Shown: positions 38,679 through 50,692 of the stretch, piece after piece
Numbering within the stretch: position 1 is the stretch's first letter
Layout of the letters: the number at the start of each line of letters is the position of its first letter
Assembly: GCA_951406725.2 (NCBI GenBank)
Contig: OX597824.1
Span: forward strand, 65,968,001-66,032,000
Reading direction: 5' to 3'
DNA from: Octopus vulgaris
Taxonomy: Eukaryota
Length of the DNA stretch: 64,000 bases
Notes under the pieces: model-generated
What the model was told of the DNA's origin: nothing
Databases searched by the model: none
The model's input: the letters and a program-made list of their open reading frames with translations, nothing else
Translations under genes and position numbers: made by a program

Positions 38679-38904
38679 GAACAAAAAAAAAATTATATCC
38701 ATTAACATTAACCTATTGAAGAAATTAAACTTTTTTACTACTAGCTTTATTGTATTTTATATTGTTTTACTTTATCTTATTTCTTTCATCTTCCCCCTTT
38801 TTTATTTTATTTTTATTTCACTTTCATCTTCCTCCATACTTATCCTATTAACAGCATTACCTTGTTACCTTACTGTAATAGAATAAAAAAAAAAGAAAAG
38901 GATG

Positions 38905-39090
38905 AAGATCCTTCCAAAGCCATGTAGATTCATAGGCCAGTTTCCCAGTTCCTGTGGCATGTGAATTCTCCACCTGGACGGGATGCTGGTCTGCCACAGG
39001 ATTACTCATTTTTGCCAGCTGAGTGGACTAAAACCACAACTTTACGATCATAAGTCCAACACCCCTAATTACTAAGCCACACACTTCCAC
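38905..39090 (-). mobile_element. tRNA-derived SINE, third family (related to 45730-45995)
   Basis: ACTCATTTTTGCCAGCTGAGTGGACT matches the reverse complement of AGTTCACTCAGCTGTAGAAATGAGT at ~45823. Confidence 0.55.
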
Positions 39091-40109
39091 TTCTATAAAA
39101 GACAAATATAATATAAACAAACAAAATTTTGATTGATATCACACCAGCTGGTGAGAACATAAGGTTTTGAGATGTGTGTTGTATATGTTACTTTTTTTTT
39201 TATATGCTCTTTAGTTTCTATAAATCTGCATCGCTACATTTTGTGTTTGTTTTAGATTATGTTAAAATTATTTTAGATTAAATTATGATTGAGTATATAT
39301 ATGTGTGTACATATGTATGTATTAACATGTGCATGTATGTGTATATACATGTATATTTACACACATTCATCTATGTTTGTGTATGTGTGTTCCTTACATT
39401 AAAGTATTGATTGATTCATTTGCTTTGCATTCCTTTTTTCCATGCTGGCATGGGTTGGACAAGTGTATTGTGGGACATTGTTTTTGCAGCCAGAATCCCT
39501 TCCTGTTACTGTCCCTCTTCTGTTTTGGGGTCAGAGGATCTTTTGTTTTGTATGTTTTCAGAGTGAGATGAGCAGATGATTTGTTGCCAGGGAATGGCAG
39601 TACTACTGCCTATGGTGCATGAGTGTAGATAGTAACACACATACATGCGAGCATATGTCCACACACACACATGCACACATACACATACACACTGAGGCTT
39701 CCCACAGTTTCTGTCTATCAAATTCACTCATGATGCTTTGATTTGAGGCAGTAGAAGATAGTGACCAAAGGTGTTGTAGAGTGGGACTGAACCCCAAGCC
39801 CTGTTGTTGTGAAGTGAACTTCTTAACCACATATCTGTCTCTATGCCTGAGACTATAACATGCTTGTACCAACATATGACAATAATTTCTATAAAGGTCA
39901 AAATTGCGATCAATTGGTTAATGGGGAGCTTTGTAAAAATACCAAATTCATTAATAGTAAGGTGAAATCTTTTTGTTAACCCTTTTAATATAAGAGCAAC
40001 TGTCTTAAGATCACCCAATATTAAAGTGTTTATATATGAATGATGACATGATGTCTCAGTTGTTTAACACCAGCATTAAATATATATATATATATTTGGA
40101 TCATAGGGT

Positions 40110-40458
40110 ACCTTGGATCGTAGGGCGACCTGCTGTGCTTGAGGAGACCTATTGAGTCAAGTACATTAAAATAAAAATCAAATGGAAATTGTAGTTGTGA
40201 TACCCATGCTGGTGGCACATAAAAAACACCAGCTGAACGTGGCTGATGCCAGCACCACCTTGACTGGCGTCCGTGCCAGTGGCACGTAAAAAGTACCCAC
40301 TACACTCACGGAGTGGTTGGCGTTAGGAAGGGTATCCAGCTGTAGAAATACTGCCAGATCAGACTGGAGCCTGGTGCAGCCTCCTGGTTTCCCAGACCCC
40401 GGTCGAACTGTCCAACCCATGCTAGCATGGAAAACGGACGTTAAATGATGATGATGAT
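40110..40458 (+). mobile_element. RTE 3'-end-derived short element
   Basis: GTGGTTGGCGTTAGGAAGGGTATCCAGC...CCCATGCTAGCATGGAAAACGGACGTTAAATGATGATG matches the tail at 33480-33640. Confidence 0.8.
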
Positions 40459-40595
40459 ACACGCACATATAGTTCATAGATGAGAATCAGATATTTTCAA
40501 TAAAGAATACACTTGGTAGTGCTCAAGAGATTTAAACTTGAGAGGGTATAGAAGTAAATGTAGGGATAAGCAAGTTAGACAAATCAATAACTTGC

Positions 40596-40626
<31 letters not shown>

Positions 40627-41215
40627 AACACACACACTCACACACACACACACACACATGCACGTACACACACACACACACACACACACTCAAAATATAT
40701 AAGAAGTAAAAAATAGGATTAAAAAATCCAGGCAGATATCAATAAAGCACTCAGTTTTAAATGAATTTGGTTAACTATATCCAACAATTGGACACCAATA
40801 AATTAAAGTAGAATAGCCGTCCAAGGTAATTCCTCGTGTATGACAAATAGATCCATATATCATTTCGAAGAATTTCGTGAAATTCAGAGTATCAGACAAC
40901 AAAATATGTTTGGAGAAAGTCACAGCTGATGATTGTTTCTGTTGTATTAACATGTGTAGATATAGAAAGTATCATTGAAATTAACATTTCCAAAAATACG
41001 CATTTAACATGTATTTCAAATGTGTTTCAAGGTGAATTTAGCTAATTTTTGATTACCTTGAAATATTAATTTCAATGATATTTTCTCTGTCCAAATGCAA
41101 CAGAAACAATTGTTGACTTTGAAAGGTGAATTCTACAGTTAAAGATTTAATTTTCTCTATACATATTTTTTGTTTGTTATACATATATGTATATATGTGT
41201 ATATTTTTATATATA

Positions 41216-42087
41216 CGGGGTGCGATGTGTAAATTGTCACCATTTTGTATTTTTAATTTCATGCATGCTCATTGTTTGTTTTTGATTTTGTCGACTACAC
41301 AGTATAGTAGGGTCAGTTGGGTACCATCTGTGAGAAAAACAGCTCCACGACACAATTCACTCTGCCAGAAATTTGGAAACAACATGCTGTACTACTTGGC
41401 ATTTGCGTTCGAAGCTCCAATACAAACATTTCAGAGTATTTGGGTGTCAATCTGAGGACAGTGTGATCTGCAGACATGTACCAACAGTGATAAAAATCAA
41501 ACATCCAGTCAACATCATGGTGTTTGGAGTAATCACTAGTGATGGCAATGTTATGCTTCCAGTCATCTTCCTATGTGGCCTCAGACTCAGCATGGAGGCC
41601 TACATCAAGTGCCTGCCCTGGGTGAAGAGGATGGCTGCTAGACAACCCTATGTCTAGCAACAGGACACTGCCATACCACACAAGCAGGAGAAACCAGTTA
41701 TGGCTGTCAGACAATTCCTGCAACCACATCACCCCTAACATCTGGCCAGCTAACTCCCCAGACTGCAACCCCCTTGATTATTATGTGTGGGGCACAGTTA
41801 AGCGAGAGACCAACAAACCTCCTTGTAACACCAAAGATAAAGTGAAGGTAAGGATTATGGTAGCATTCACCAACTTAAACAAGGAGACCAGCCAGAAGGG
41901 TTGCAGGAGATTCTGAAGTTCTCTGGAGGCCATGGTTGAAGCCAATGGCGATTTTATTGAATGAATTTACTCTTTAGTATTTCAAGATATTTTTATGTAA
42001 TTTAGGTAAATATATCTGTTAAAACGAGATGTCAGTGTTATTTTCATTTTTGCGTAATTTATATGACAGTTTATTCACCACACCCTG
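41216..42087 (+). mobile_element. Internally deleted DD37D (maT-like) transposon
   Basis: TIRs C(G/A)GGGTG(C/T)G(A/G)TG..TAAA(T/C)TGTCA with TA flanks. Remnant KHPVNIMVFG...QQD...WPANSPDCNPLDYYVWG. Confidence 0.85.
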
Positions 42088-42131
42088 TATATATATGTGT
42101 ATATATATGTATATATATATATATATATATA

Positions 42132-42986
42132 TACTAGCAGTATTGCCTGGTTCGTGCGTTCTATGCACGCGCAAATTAAGCTAAACTTGGATGAAGTTCA
42201 ATCAAAATTCAGTCATTTTGGTTTTAAAATCAAGCATTTAATGCCCTCTATTTTTGTGCTTATGTGTTCCATTTCCTCAATAGGAAGTATGTAGAAGTGT
42301 TTCATAAATTTTTGTTGATCAAATAATTGCATTGTTGAATTATTCTTTTAGATCAGTATTTCTCAACGGGGATTTCAGGGGAAAGTTTCAGGGAGTCGCT
42401 GGCGATGTATCATGATGATCAAAAATCTGGCCTGCTAAAATTTGATTAAAGTGATTCAAACTGCAGACTCAATGCAAAATGGTCACATTTAATTCAAAGC
42501 ATTAAAAATATTATGAAAACAATTGGTATGTGTTCACAAAGTCCACACGATTAATACGAAAAAAACCCTCCAGGCTACATCCTGAAAATTCATTTCTTTG
42601 CCGAATTTCTACAATGTTTACGGCGATTCGTTTTTATATCTTGATTTTTTATTTTTCATGCAATTTACGCATGTTTTCACGCGTGGTAAACACAGTTCAC
42701 GTCAAACAGCTGACTGAGTAAAGTTCACTATTCAATGCATGGGATAAGGCCTAAACAAACACATTATCGATTTTTGCACTTGCGAGATGAATTTCGGAAC
42801 AGAAATAGCGCAGTTCAATTTTCATTCGCCTAAACTTTAAGTGACCCATTTTTGGTGGTTCTACGATTTGTTGGTTAGGAGGAGATGTGCCGGGAAGTTA
42901 AACACACAGACACACACACAGATACACACACAGACACACACACAGATACACACACAGACACACAAGTTGAGTTTTATATATATAAT
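42132..42986 (+). mobile_element. Helentron/DINE-1-like element with internal CA/CAGA-rich repeat
   Basis: Starts TACTAGCAGTATTGCCTGG. Subterminal microsatellite at 42901-42963. Ends TTTTATATATATAAT. Confidence 0.6.
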
Positions 42987-44066
42987 ATTATAAAGGCACG
43001 AACATCTCAGTTTCACATAGACACACACTCATATGATAGATCTTAGTTGAGTGGATTCTTGCAATGTTTGATTGAGGACTGAAGCAGTCTTTATGGAGTA
43101 GACAGCTAAAAGTGAGAACGTGGTGCAACAGGAATTTACTGGTGAGCATATCACTTAATGGATGTGAAGTATTAGCATTTTCTTCAATATGTTTAATATG
43201 ATGATTGTAAGAGAAGCAAATAAAAGAATCTGACAAAATTGTAATTAACTGTTTGGGTGGTGTATCAGTAAAATCATAAGTACTGGATAAAATGCCTTGT
43301 GGCATTTAGTTATGATCCATTAGGTTTTAAATCAAGTTTCTGTTGAGATCAATCTTATCCTTCACCCCCACCCCCACCCCAACATCAATAAAATAAAGGG
43401 CCAGTCAAGAGCTGAGATAGATTTAATCTCAGGGATTTTTGCCAATGTTAGAATTCAAAGCTACTATTATCTGAAAGGCAATGAGGTGGCAGAATTGTTA
43501 GCATTCTGGGCAAAATGCATAATGACATTTCGTCCATCTTTACATTCTCTGTTCAAATTCCGCCTAGGTTGACTTTGCCTTTCATCCTTTCAGGGTCGAT
43601 AAAATAAGTACCAGTCAAGCACTTGGGTCAGTGTAATTTACTTACCCCTTCCCTGAATTTGAAACCAAAATTATGATTATCTGTGCCAGAAGAAAAGAAA
43701 ATATATTGAAAAGTGTGTGCGGTTTGAACAAAGGGATGTTGGACCTTATAGTCAGTGTCATGTAGGACTGAGGTAAATGGCAATATACAACTTGCAGACA
43801 TGTCAAAACTATGATGCCACCTATTGCAAAACAAACATGAGACATTATGATTGATGTTTGAATTTATGATATCTGAGAGAGAAAAAAAGGAAAAATTACA
43901 AACACATTTTGGTTCACTGTGTGAATGTTTGCTAATTTCATCATAAATTTAATTTGTCCTTATGATACTATATTGAGCTTTCTGGAATTAAACATCCAAG
44001 TATTTTGATTGTTTGTCAAATCAATAATCCTTTTACTGAATTCACCTTATTTTCCCTCCATCCCAG

Positions 44067-44081
44067 ATGACCTGGACTGGG
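44067..44081 (+). CDS. AFTPH: Candidate 15-nt frame-preserving aftiphilin microexon (adds DDLDW)
   Basis: ttcaccttattttccctccatcccAG|ATGACCTGGACTGGG|GTAAGG. Phase 1 to 1 fits between the exons at 37148 and 50466. Confidence 0.7.
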
Positions 44082-45729
44082 GTAAGGATCCTCTGCTTGA
44101 TTTCTCATTCTCCTTCATTTCTTTATTTCTGATCTTAACTCACTTGAGAAACCTGTTCTGCTTGTCACTCAAGTAATTTCTTTATGTGTATGTGTGTGTA
44201 TATAATATGTGTGTGCGTGCGTGAGTGTGTGTGTGTGTAATTATAAACAGTTAGCTTACTGCTCTTAACTCAATTCAGTGTGAACACCTTGCATGCTGGT
44301 TTGGTTGATTGTGACTTCTTCAGGCTTTCCATTGCATAATGCATGTGAATGAGGTTTATTTGTTGCCTTCAGATTGTGTTCAACAGAATTCTAGGGAAAA
44401 AATACTTCTAAGTTTTGTTTTGGAAAATGGTGATAAGATAAACCTTGGGTTTTTTAAAAGGTTAACTTGGTGGGATTTTTTGAAACTTTCATTTGGTATT
44501 CTTTTTTCAGTTTCATTTTTGAAGAGTAATTATAAATTCTTTTTATCAAATGCTAATTTTTTAAGACAGTACAGTTTTTAGGTTAGTTTATGAAGTGAAT
44601 TATATAGTAGCCACAGTTTTTTGTATACATATGTTCCACAATACTTGTCAGATGTGGTTAGACCTACTTAAGAGCCTGATAGATGATCTTTTGATGTTTC
44701 AAAAAGCCATAGAGAAAAATTTAGACACAAAGTCGTTGGCCAGTTTTGCTTATGTACAACTACATTTATGTTGTATATAATTAAATGAACAGAATAGTCA
44801 TTGTGTGTCTCTAGCAAAAGCCATTCTGTTTTTTGCTGTGGGAAATGTCCTAATTAAAAAAAAATATGCTAAAATAACCATTTTGATATCAACCCTCCTG
44901 AGACCCTGCTTTGATTCTGTGATTCAAAAATGCCTCTTTTAATGAGCTTTACTTAAATCAAAATCTCTTATTACAATTTTATGTAAGAACCTTTTGTTTA
45001 TAAACAGTTTTAATAATAATTATAATAATAATAATAAAAGTTAGTTTATTAAATTTCTCCAAATTCTTGATTATTTTCAATTTTAATTCAAACACATGAG
45101 CAGAAATTTCATTAGAAATATCGCAGAAAAAGAAAAATGGTTAAAGACAATGGGTAAGATATTGAAGGAAGTTTTTCTGTTGAGTGCCTACAAAGAGATT
45201 CCTCACTGAATCCTATGGTTATGATTTAAAAAATGGGAAATGTATTTGTTGAGAGAGATTTGACTGCTGCTTAGAACAGTCTGACTACATATTATCCTTC
45301 TTGCTTGTTTTTATGGTCTTGATTTTTAAAACATCACTAAATTTTATTGAGGTTGATTTAATTTTGATATTGACCAATTTAATTATGAAAAGAATTCCCT
45401 CCTTGACTCATATAATCGCTATTTTAAAGCTATTAGAACATTTTCTAAAAAGCTTTGACTTCTATATTGAACATGCCAAATGACTCAGTAAGCTGGCTTA
45501 TTGATTTTGAGATTTTTTTTCTCGTTGAGAATCTCTCTGTTATCTTACAGTTTGTTCAAGGTCAGAACATACTTCTACCTACTCTTTACAGAGTTTAGAT
45601 CTCTCTCAGAGAAAAAGATCAACTGACTAATTGGCATGAAGTCACTGGCCAGTGTACTCCAACGTCTAGCCCACAGATGTGTTGTCCCTTCACTACACTA
45701 TTTCTACTAGTATTACCACAGTGATTACA

Positions 45730-45995
45730 GGGTCGGGTTTACAATCATGAGGTAGTGAGTTTGACTCCTGGAACAAGCTGTGTGTTGTGCTCTTGAGCAA
45801 GACACTTTATTTTGTGTTGCTCCAGTTCACTCAGCTGTAGAAATGAGTTGCAACATCACTGCTGTGGAGAGGGGAGGCTGGTATGTATGGGCGACTGCTG
45901 GTCTTCCATAAACAACCTTGCTTGTACTTGTGCCTCAGAGGGTAACTTTCTAGATGCAATCCCATGGTCATTCTTGATTGAAGAGCATCTTTACC
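45730..45995 (+). mobile_element. tRNA-derived SINE (V/Deu-like core TTGAGCAAGACACTT)
   Basis: B-box-like GAGTTTGACTCC; core GTTGTGCTCTTGAGCAAGACACTT. Confidence 0.6.
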
Positions 45996-46654
45996 TTACC
46001 TTTTACTACAGTGGCCTCTGTTTTTCAGAGTTAGTTGCTTTTGTGCCATTTTCCTCCTAACCTTACTGGCTTGCTCTTTGTCTCTCCCCCTCCCCCTGCA
46101 CCCCCCTACACTGACAGTATTACAAATATAAAAAGAAATAATTGCAACATATAGGGAATTAAAATCAGGCTATTATCATCACCAACATTATCATTTTTAC
46201 AACTGCAAAAGTGAGCAATAAGCATGGAAAAGTAACTGTAAAAATGATGATGGTAGTGATGATGGTGGTGAGTTGGCAGAATTGTTAGCATGCTGGACAG
46301 AATGCTTTGAGCCTCTGGCTTTATATGAGTTCGAATTCTACTTTGGTGAATTTTGCCTTTCATCAATGTAATTGACTGGCCCTCCCTACTAAAAAGTTTC
46401 AGGCCTTGTACCTATAGTAGAAAGGATTTATCATCATCATCATCATTAAGGTGGCAAATTGATAGAATTATTAGCACATCAGACAAAATGCTCAGTGACA
46501 TCTCTTTCAATTCTTTATGTTCTGAGTTCAAATTCTGCTAAGGTTGACTTTACCTTCATCCTTTTGGGGTTGATACCACTTTGGTTATCAATGCAATTGA
46601 TTAACATCTTTCCTATAAAACCACTAGCCTTGTGCTAAAATTTTTATTATTATT

Positions 46655-47435
46655 GAGTGAGAGAGCAACTCATGCCATCAAAATGACACTGGGGTACAAA
46701 TATATGAAGGGCAATATACCCATCATGACTATCCGTCTGATAAGGGTACACCAGGCACATGCATCACAACCATATGTGCATGACATGATGATCTCATATC
46801 AAGATAAACAGTGCATGACCTAGCAGGTGGGGCCCAATTAGAATTTTCTTCAGGTCGAGGAGCCCATTCTGCTCAAAAGGTCCCTGAATAAAATTTGTTT
46901 AAGGATGTTGAATGAAACGCCCATATTTTCAAAGGTGAATCATCCAAACCCCAAAGAATTCCTTTCAACACATGGCTGTGATGCTCTCCCACTACCTCTG
47001 CATGTGATCAGAGATGCATATAACATCAGCCACCAAGGGACATGCTCAATTGGTTAACCCTTTGGTGTTTAAACCGGCCATATCTGGCCCAAATATTCTA
47101 AATATTTTATATTCACACTGGCAATATCTAGTCTCTTACACCTAACCTACAATGCCATGCTAAAAATAAACAATCACATCACTGAAACCTCAAAGCTAGA
47201 AGATAATGCATGATTAATTCAAAACAATTTGAGTGAAAAAGTATTACATTTAACAGAGTAATCTGAACACCAAAGGGTTAAGGTCAAACATATGACAAGC
47301 AAATCTGTGGTACTAAGAATATTTGCTGTAGCCCATCTTTTATACCAAGACAAAACATGTACATGATAATACTTCCAATTAGTTAAGATCAGCAGCCATG
47401 AGAGCCAGTGCCTGGTATTGCATCAGGGCATTTAT
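46655..47435. mobile_element. ~550-bp non-coding element inserted in (ATT)n, copy 1 (interrupted by a MITE)
   Basis: Collinear with 48952-49505 apart from the insertion at 47058-47277. Confidence 0.85.
47058..47277 (+). mobile_element. piggyBac-type MITE with TTAA target-site duplication
   Basis: TTAA-CCCTTTGGTGTT...AACACCAAAGGG-TTAA. The empty TTAA site is at 49350-49353 in the sister copy. Confidence 0.92.
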
Positions 47436-47789
47436 TATTATTATCATTACTCTCATTATCCTCTTCTTTCAATTTTGTTTCCATTTCTTGCCAAGTGTCT
47501 TCCTGACACCTATGGCAAAGAAACTCATTGTATACATTGGTAGGCCATGAGAATAAATGCACCAAGTTGTTCATTTAAAAGTCATGTAGTAGAAAAAAAG
47601 GGGAAGAAAGAAAAAAAGGAAAGAAGGAAAAATGTTTAAATAGGAAAATTATCATTATTATTATTATTATTATTATTATCATTATTACTACTACTACTAC
47701 TACTACTACTACATTAACTTACTGCTCAGCTGGTACTTATTTTATGAACCCTGTAAGGATGAAAGGCAAAGTTGATCTATCTCAGCAGA

Positions 47790-48873
47790 ATTTGGACTCA
47801 GAGATCAACTTTGCCATTCATCCTTTTGGGGTTGATAAATAAACTACTTGGGTCAATACAATTAACTTACTTGCTCCCCTAAAATTGCTGGCCCCGTACC
47901 AAAATTTAAAACCATTATTATTCAGCTCTTTATGTTTCTTACATTCTGAGTTCAAATGCTGCCAAGGTTGACTTTGCCTTTCATCCTTTTGAGGTTGGTA
48001 AAATGATTATCAGTTGAGCACTGGAGTTGATGTAATCAAATTATTCCCTCCCCTCAAAATTTCAGGGGTATAAATACCTCTAGTAGAAAGAATTATTATA
48101 CAGGCAGCAAACTGGCAAAGTTCTTAGCATGTTGGATGAAATGCTTAGAAGCATTTCTTCTGGTTATTTATGTTCTGAGTTCAAATTCCACTAAGTTTAT
48201 TTTTGTCTTTCATCCTTTCAGGGTCAATAAAATAATTACTGGGGTCAATGTAATTGACTGACCTCTCTTCCAAAATTTCAAGCTGTGTGTCTATAGTAGA
48301 AAGGATCATTATTATTATCATCATCATTATTATTATTATTATTATTATTAAGGTGGGGAACGAGCAGAATCATTTCCTTGCCAGGCAAAAGTAGCATTTT
48401 GTCTGTCTTTATTCTCTGAGTTCAAATTCCGGTGAGGTTGACTTTGCTTTTCATCCTTTCAGGGTCGATAAAATAAGTATCAGTTGAGCACTGAGGTCAA
48501 TGTAATTGACTTACCCACTTCCTTAGTGGCATTTCATCTTGAGGTTGGTAAAATGATTATCAGTTGAGCACTGGAGTTGATGTAATCAAATTGTTCCCTC
48601 CCCCCAAAATTTCAGGGGTAGAAATTTCTCTAGTAGAAAGAATTATTATACAGGCAGCAAACTGGCAAAGTTCTTAGCATGTTGGATGAAATGCTTAGAA
48701 GCATTTCATCCAACATCTTTCATTTCATCTTTACGTTCTGAATTCAAATTCTGCTGAAGTCAACTTTGCCTTTCATCCTTTTGGAGTCAATAAATTAAGT
48801 ACCAGTGGAATACTGGGATCAGTATAATTGACTAATCCCCTTCCCCCCAAATTTCAGGCCTTGTGCACTTAGG

Positions 48874-48880
<7 letters not shown>
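47790..48880 (+). mobile_element. Tandem MetaSINE-like array including a ~170-bp local duplication
   Basis: Repeated SINE cores; 47989-48157 is recopied at 48539-48707. Confidence 0.85.
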
Positions 48881-48908
<28 letters not shown>

Positions 48909-48951
48909 CATTATTATTGTTATTGTTATTGTTGTTGTTATTATTATTATT

Positions 48952-49502
48952 GAGTGAGTGAGCAGAGCATGCCATCAAATTGACACTGGGGTAAAATATA
49001 CGAAGCCCAGTATACCCATCATGACCACCCGTCTCATAAGGGTACACCAGGCACATGCATCACAACCATATGTGCGCGACATGGTGATCTCATATCAAGA
49101 TAAACAGCACATGACCTTGCAGGTGGAGCCCAGTTAGAATTTTCTTCAGATCGAGTAACCCATCCCGCTCAAAAGGTCCCTGAATAAGGGTTGTTTAAGG
49201 ACGTTGAACGAAACACCCATGTTTCCAGAGGTGAATTATTCAAACCCCAAAGAATCCCTCTCAACACATGGCTATGAAGCTCCCCCACTACTTCTGCTCG
49301 TGATCAGAGATGCACATATCATCAGCCACTAAGGGACATGCTCAACTGGTTAAGGTCAAACTGACAAGCAAATCTGTGGTATTGAGCAGAATATTTGCTG
49401 TAGCCCATCTTTTATACCAAGACAAAACAATGTACATGATAACACTTCCAATCAGTTAAGATCAGAAGCCATGAGAGCCACTGCCTGGTACTGCATCAGG
49501 GC

Positions 49503-49505
<3 letters not shown>
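48952..49505. mobile_element. ~550-bp non-coding element inserted in (ATT)n, copy 2 (intact)
   Basis: Flanked on both sides by (ATT)n; matches 46655-47435. Confidence 0.85.
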
Positions 49506-49542
<37 letters not shown>

Positions 49543-50465
49543 TCTGCACAGATTAGGCTAGCACCCAGATTTTCATTCTCTATTTATTGGTCTTTTTTCA
49601 CTCACATTGTTAATACTGTTAGCATGAGTTGTGGGTGAGAGCTGGGGAAACACTAACTACCACATGTCCATTGCAGCATTTTAACTGTAATAGCATATTA
49701 CTTGCAACACATCAGCAGCAGTATCCACTGCAACACATTGGCTGCAGTATTTAGCTTTAGGTGCTTACTGCAGTACATCAACTGCAGTTTGCAGTTGATT
49801 ATGTCTACTGCAGTATATAGCTGTTGCTGTCCACTGCAACACATCAACTGCTGTATGTAGTTGTTTCTGAACACTGTAACAGATCAGTAGCTTTTTTTTT
49901 ACAGACAACATAATACAAATGAGTGCCTATGTTGTATATTCTTTCAAATACAGTACCTGTAAACTTCCATAGATAAATGCTATTTGGCATCTTCTTGTTA
50001 CTGAATAGTGATGTACATCTCCAGTAATTGACTGGTACTTGTTTTATTAACCCCTGGTATTTGAACTCAGGATGTAAAAAGCTGTAATTAAATATCACTT
50101 CAGTGATTCGGCCAATGTATTTCTAATTGTTTGTTCTGCAATATACTCATTTTGTTTCTTAGGAATTCTCTCAATACTGGGTCCTGTACTAGTGGTGACA
50201 TTTGTTCTGTTGTATTATCATAAACTAATGACAATCAGGAATGTTTTGGTAAATTGTTTGAATTAAACACTCAGCTATTTGCTCAATCATCAGTTTGTCT
50301 AGATTGTGCTTCTGTTGAACTTGAACCTGCATGTTGCCTGCTCATCTATAACAACTTGAGTAAATTGTGTAATGGATGCATTTAGAATTCACTCCATTTT
50401 TATAGTTGACAATTATATGAATAAAAAAAAAATGCTTTTCTTCTCATTTTCTCTTGTCTTTTTAG

Positions 50466-50692
50466 TGTTTGAGTCCGAACTGCTAGGTGGCCCTTTGAAG
50501 CCATTACCTTCTTTCAAGCCAATGCAGCCCCTTGAGGACATGTTAGCCAACACCAAGTCGACGACCGTGAAGAGAGGACACACATCAGATGAGCACTTGA
50601 GTCAGGAAGCTACTGTAATACTGCAGACTCTTCCTGATTTGTCTTTCATGCACGCTAAAGTTTTGATGTTTCCAGTACGTCAGACTAACTAA
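50466..50692 (+). CDS. AFTPH: Aftiphilin terminal coding exon (...EHLSQEATVILQTLPDLSFMHAKVLMFPVRQTN*)
   Basis: Long pyrimidine tract plus tttAG. EHLSxEA...LPDLxFMHAKVLMFP is the aftiphilin C-terminal signature. Phase 1 fits the upstream exons. Confidence 0.95.

Noticed and set aside
50372-50465. N-terminal part of the 106-aa ORF
   Set aside because: This is intronic pyrimidine tract read through in frame. Real coding starts at the acceptor at 50466.
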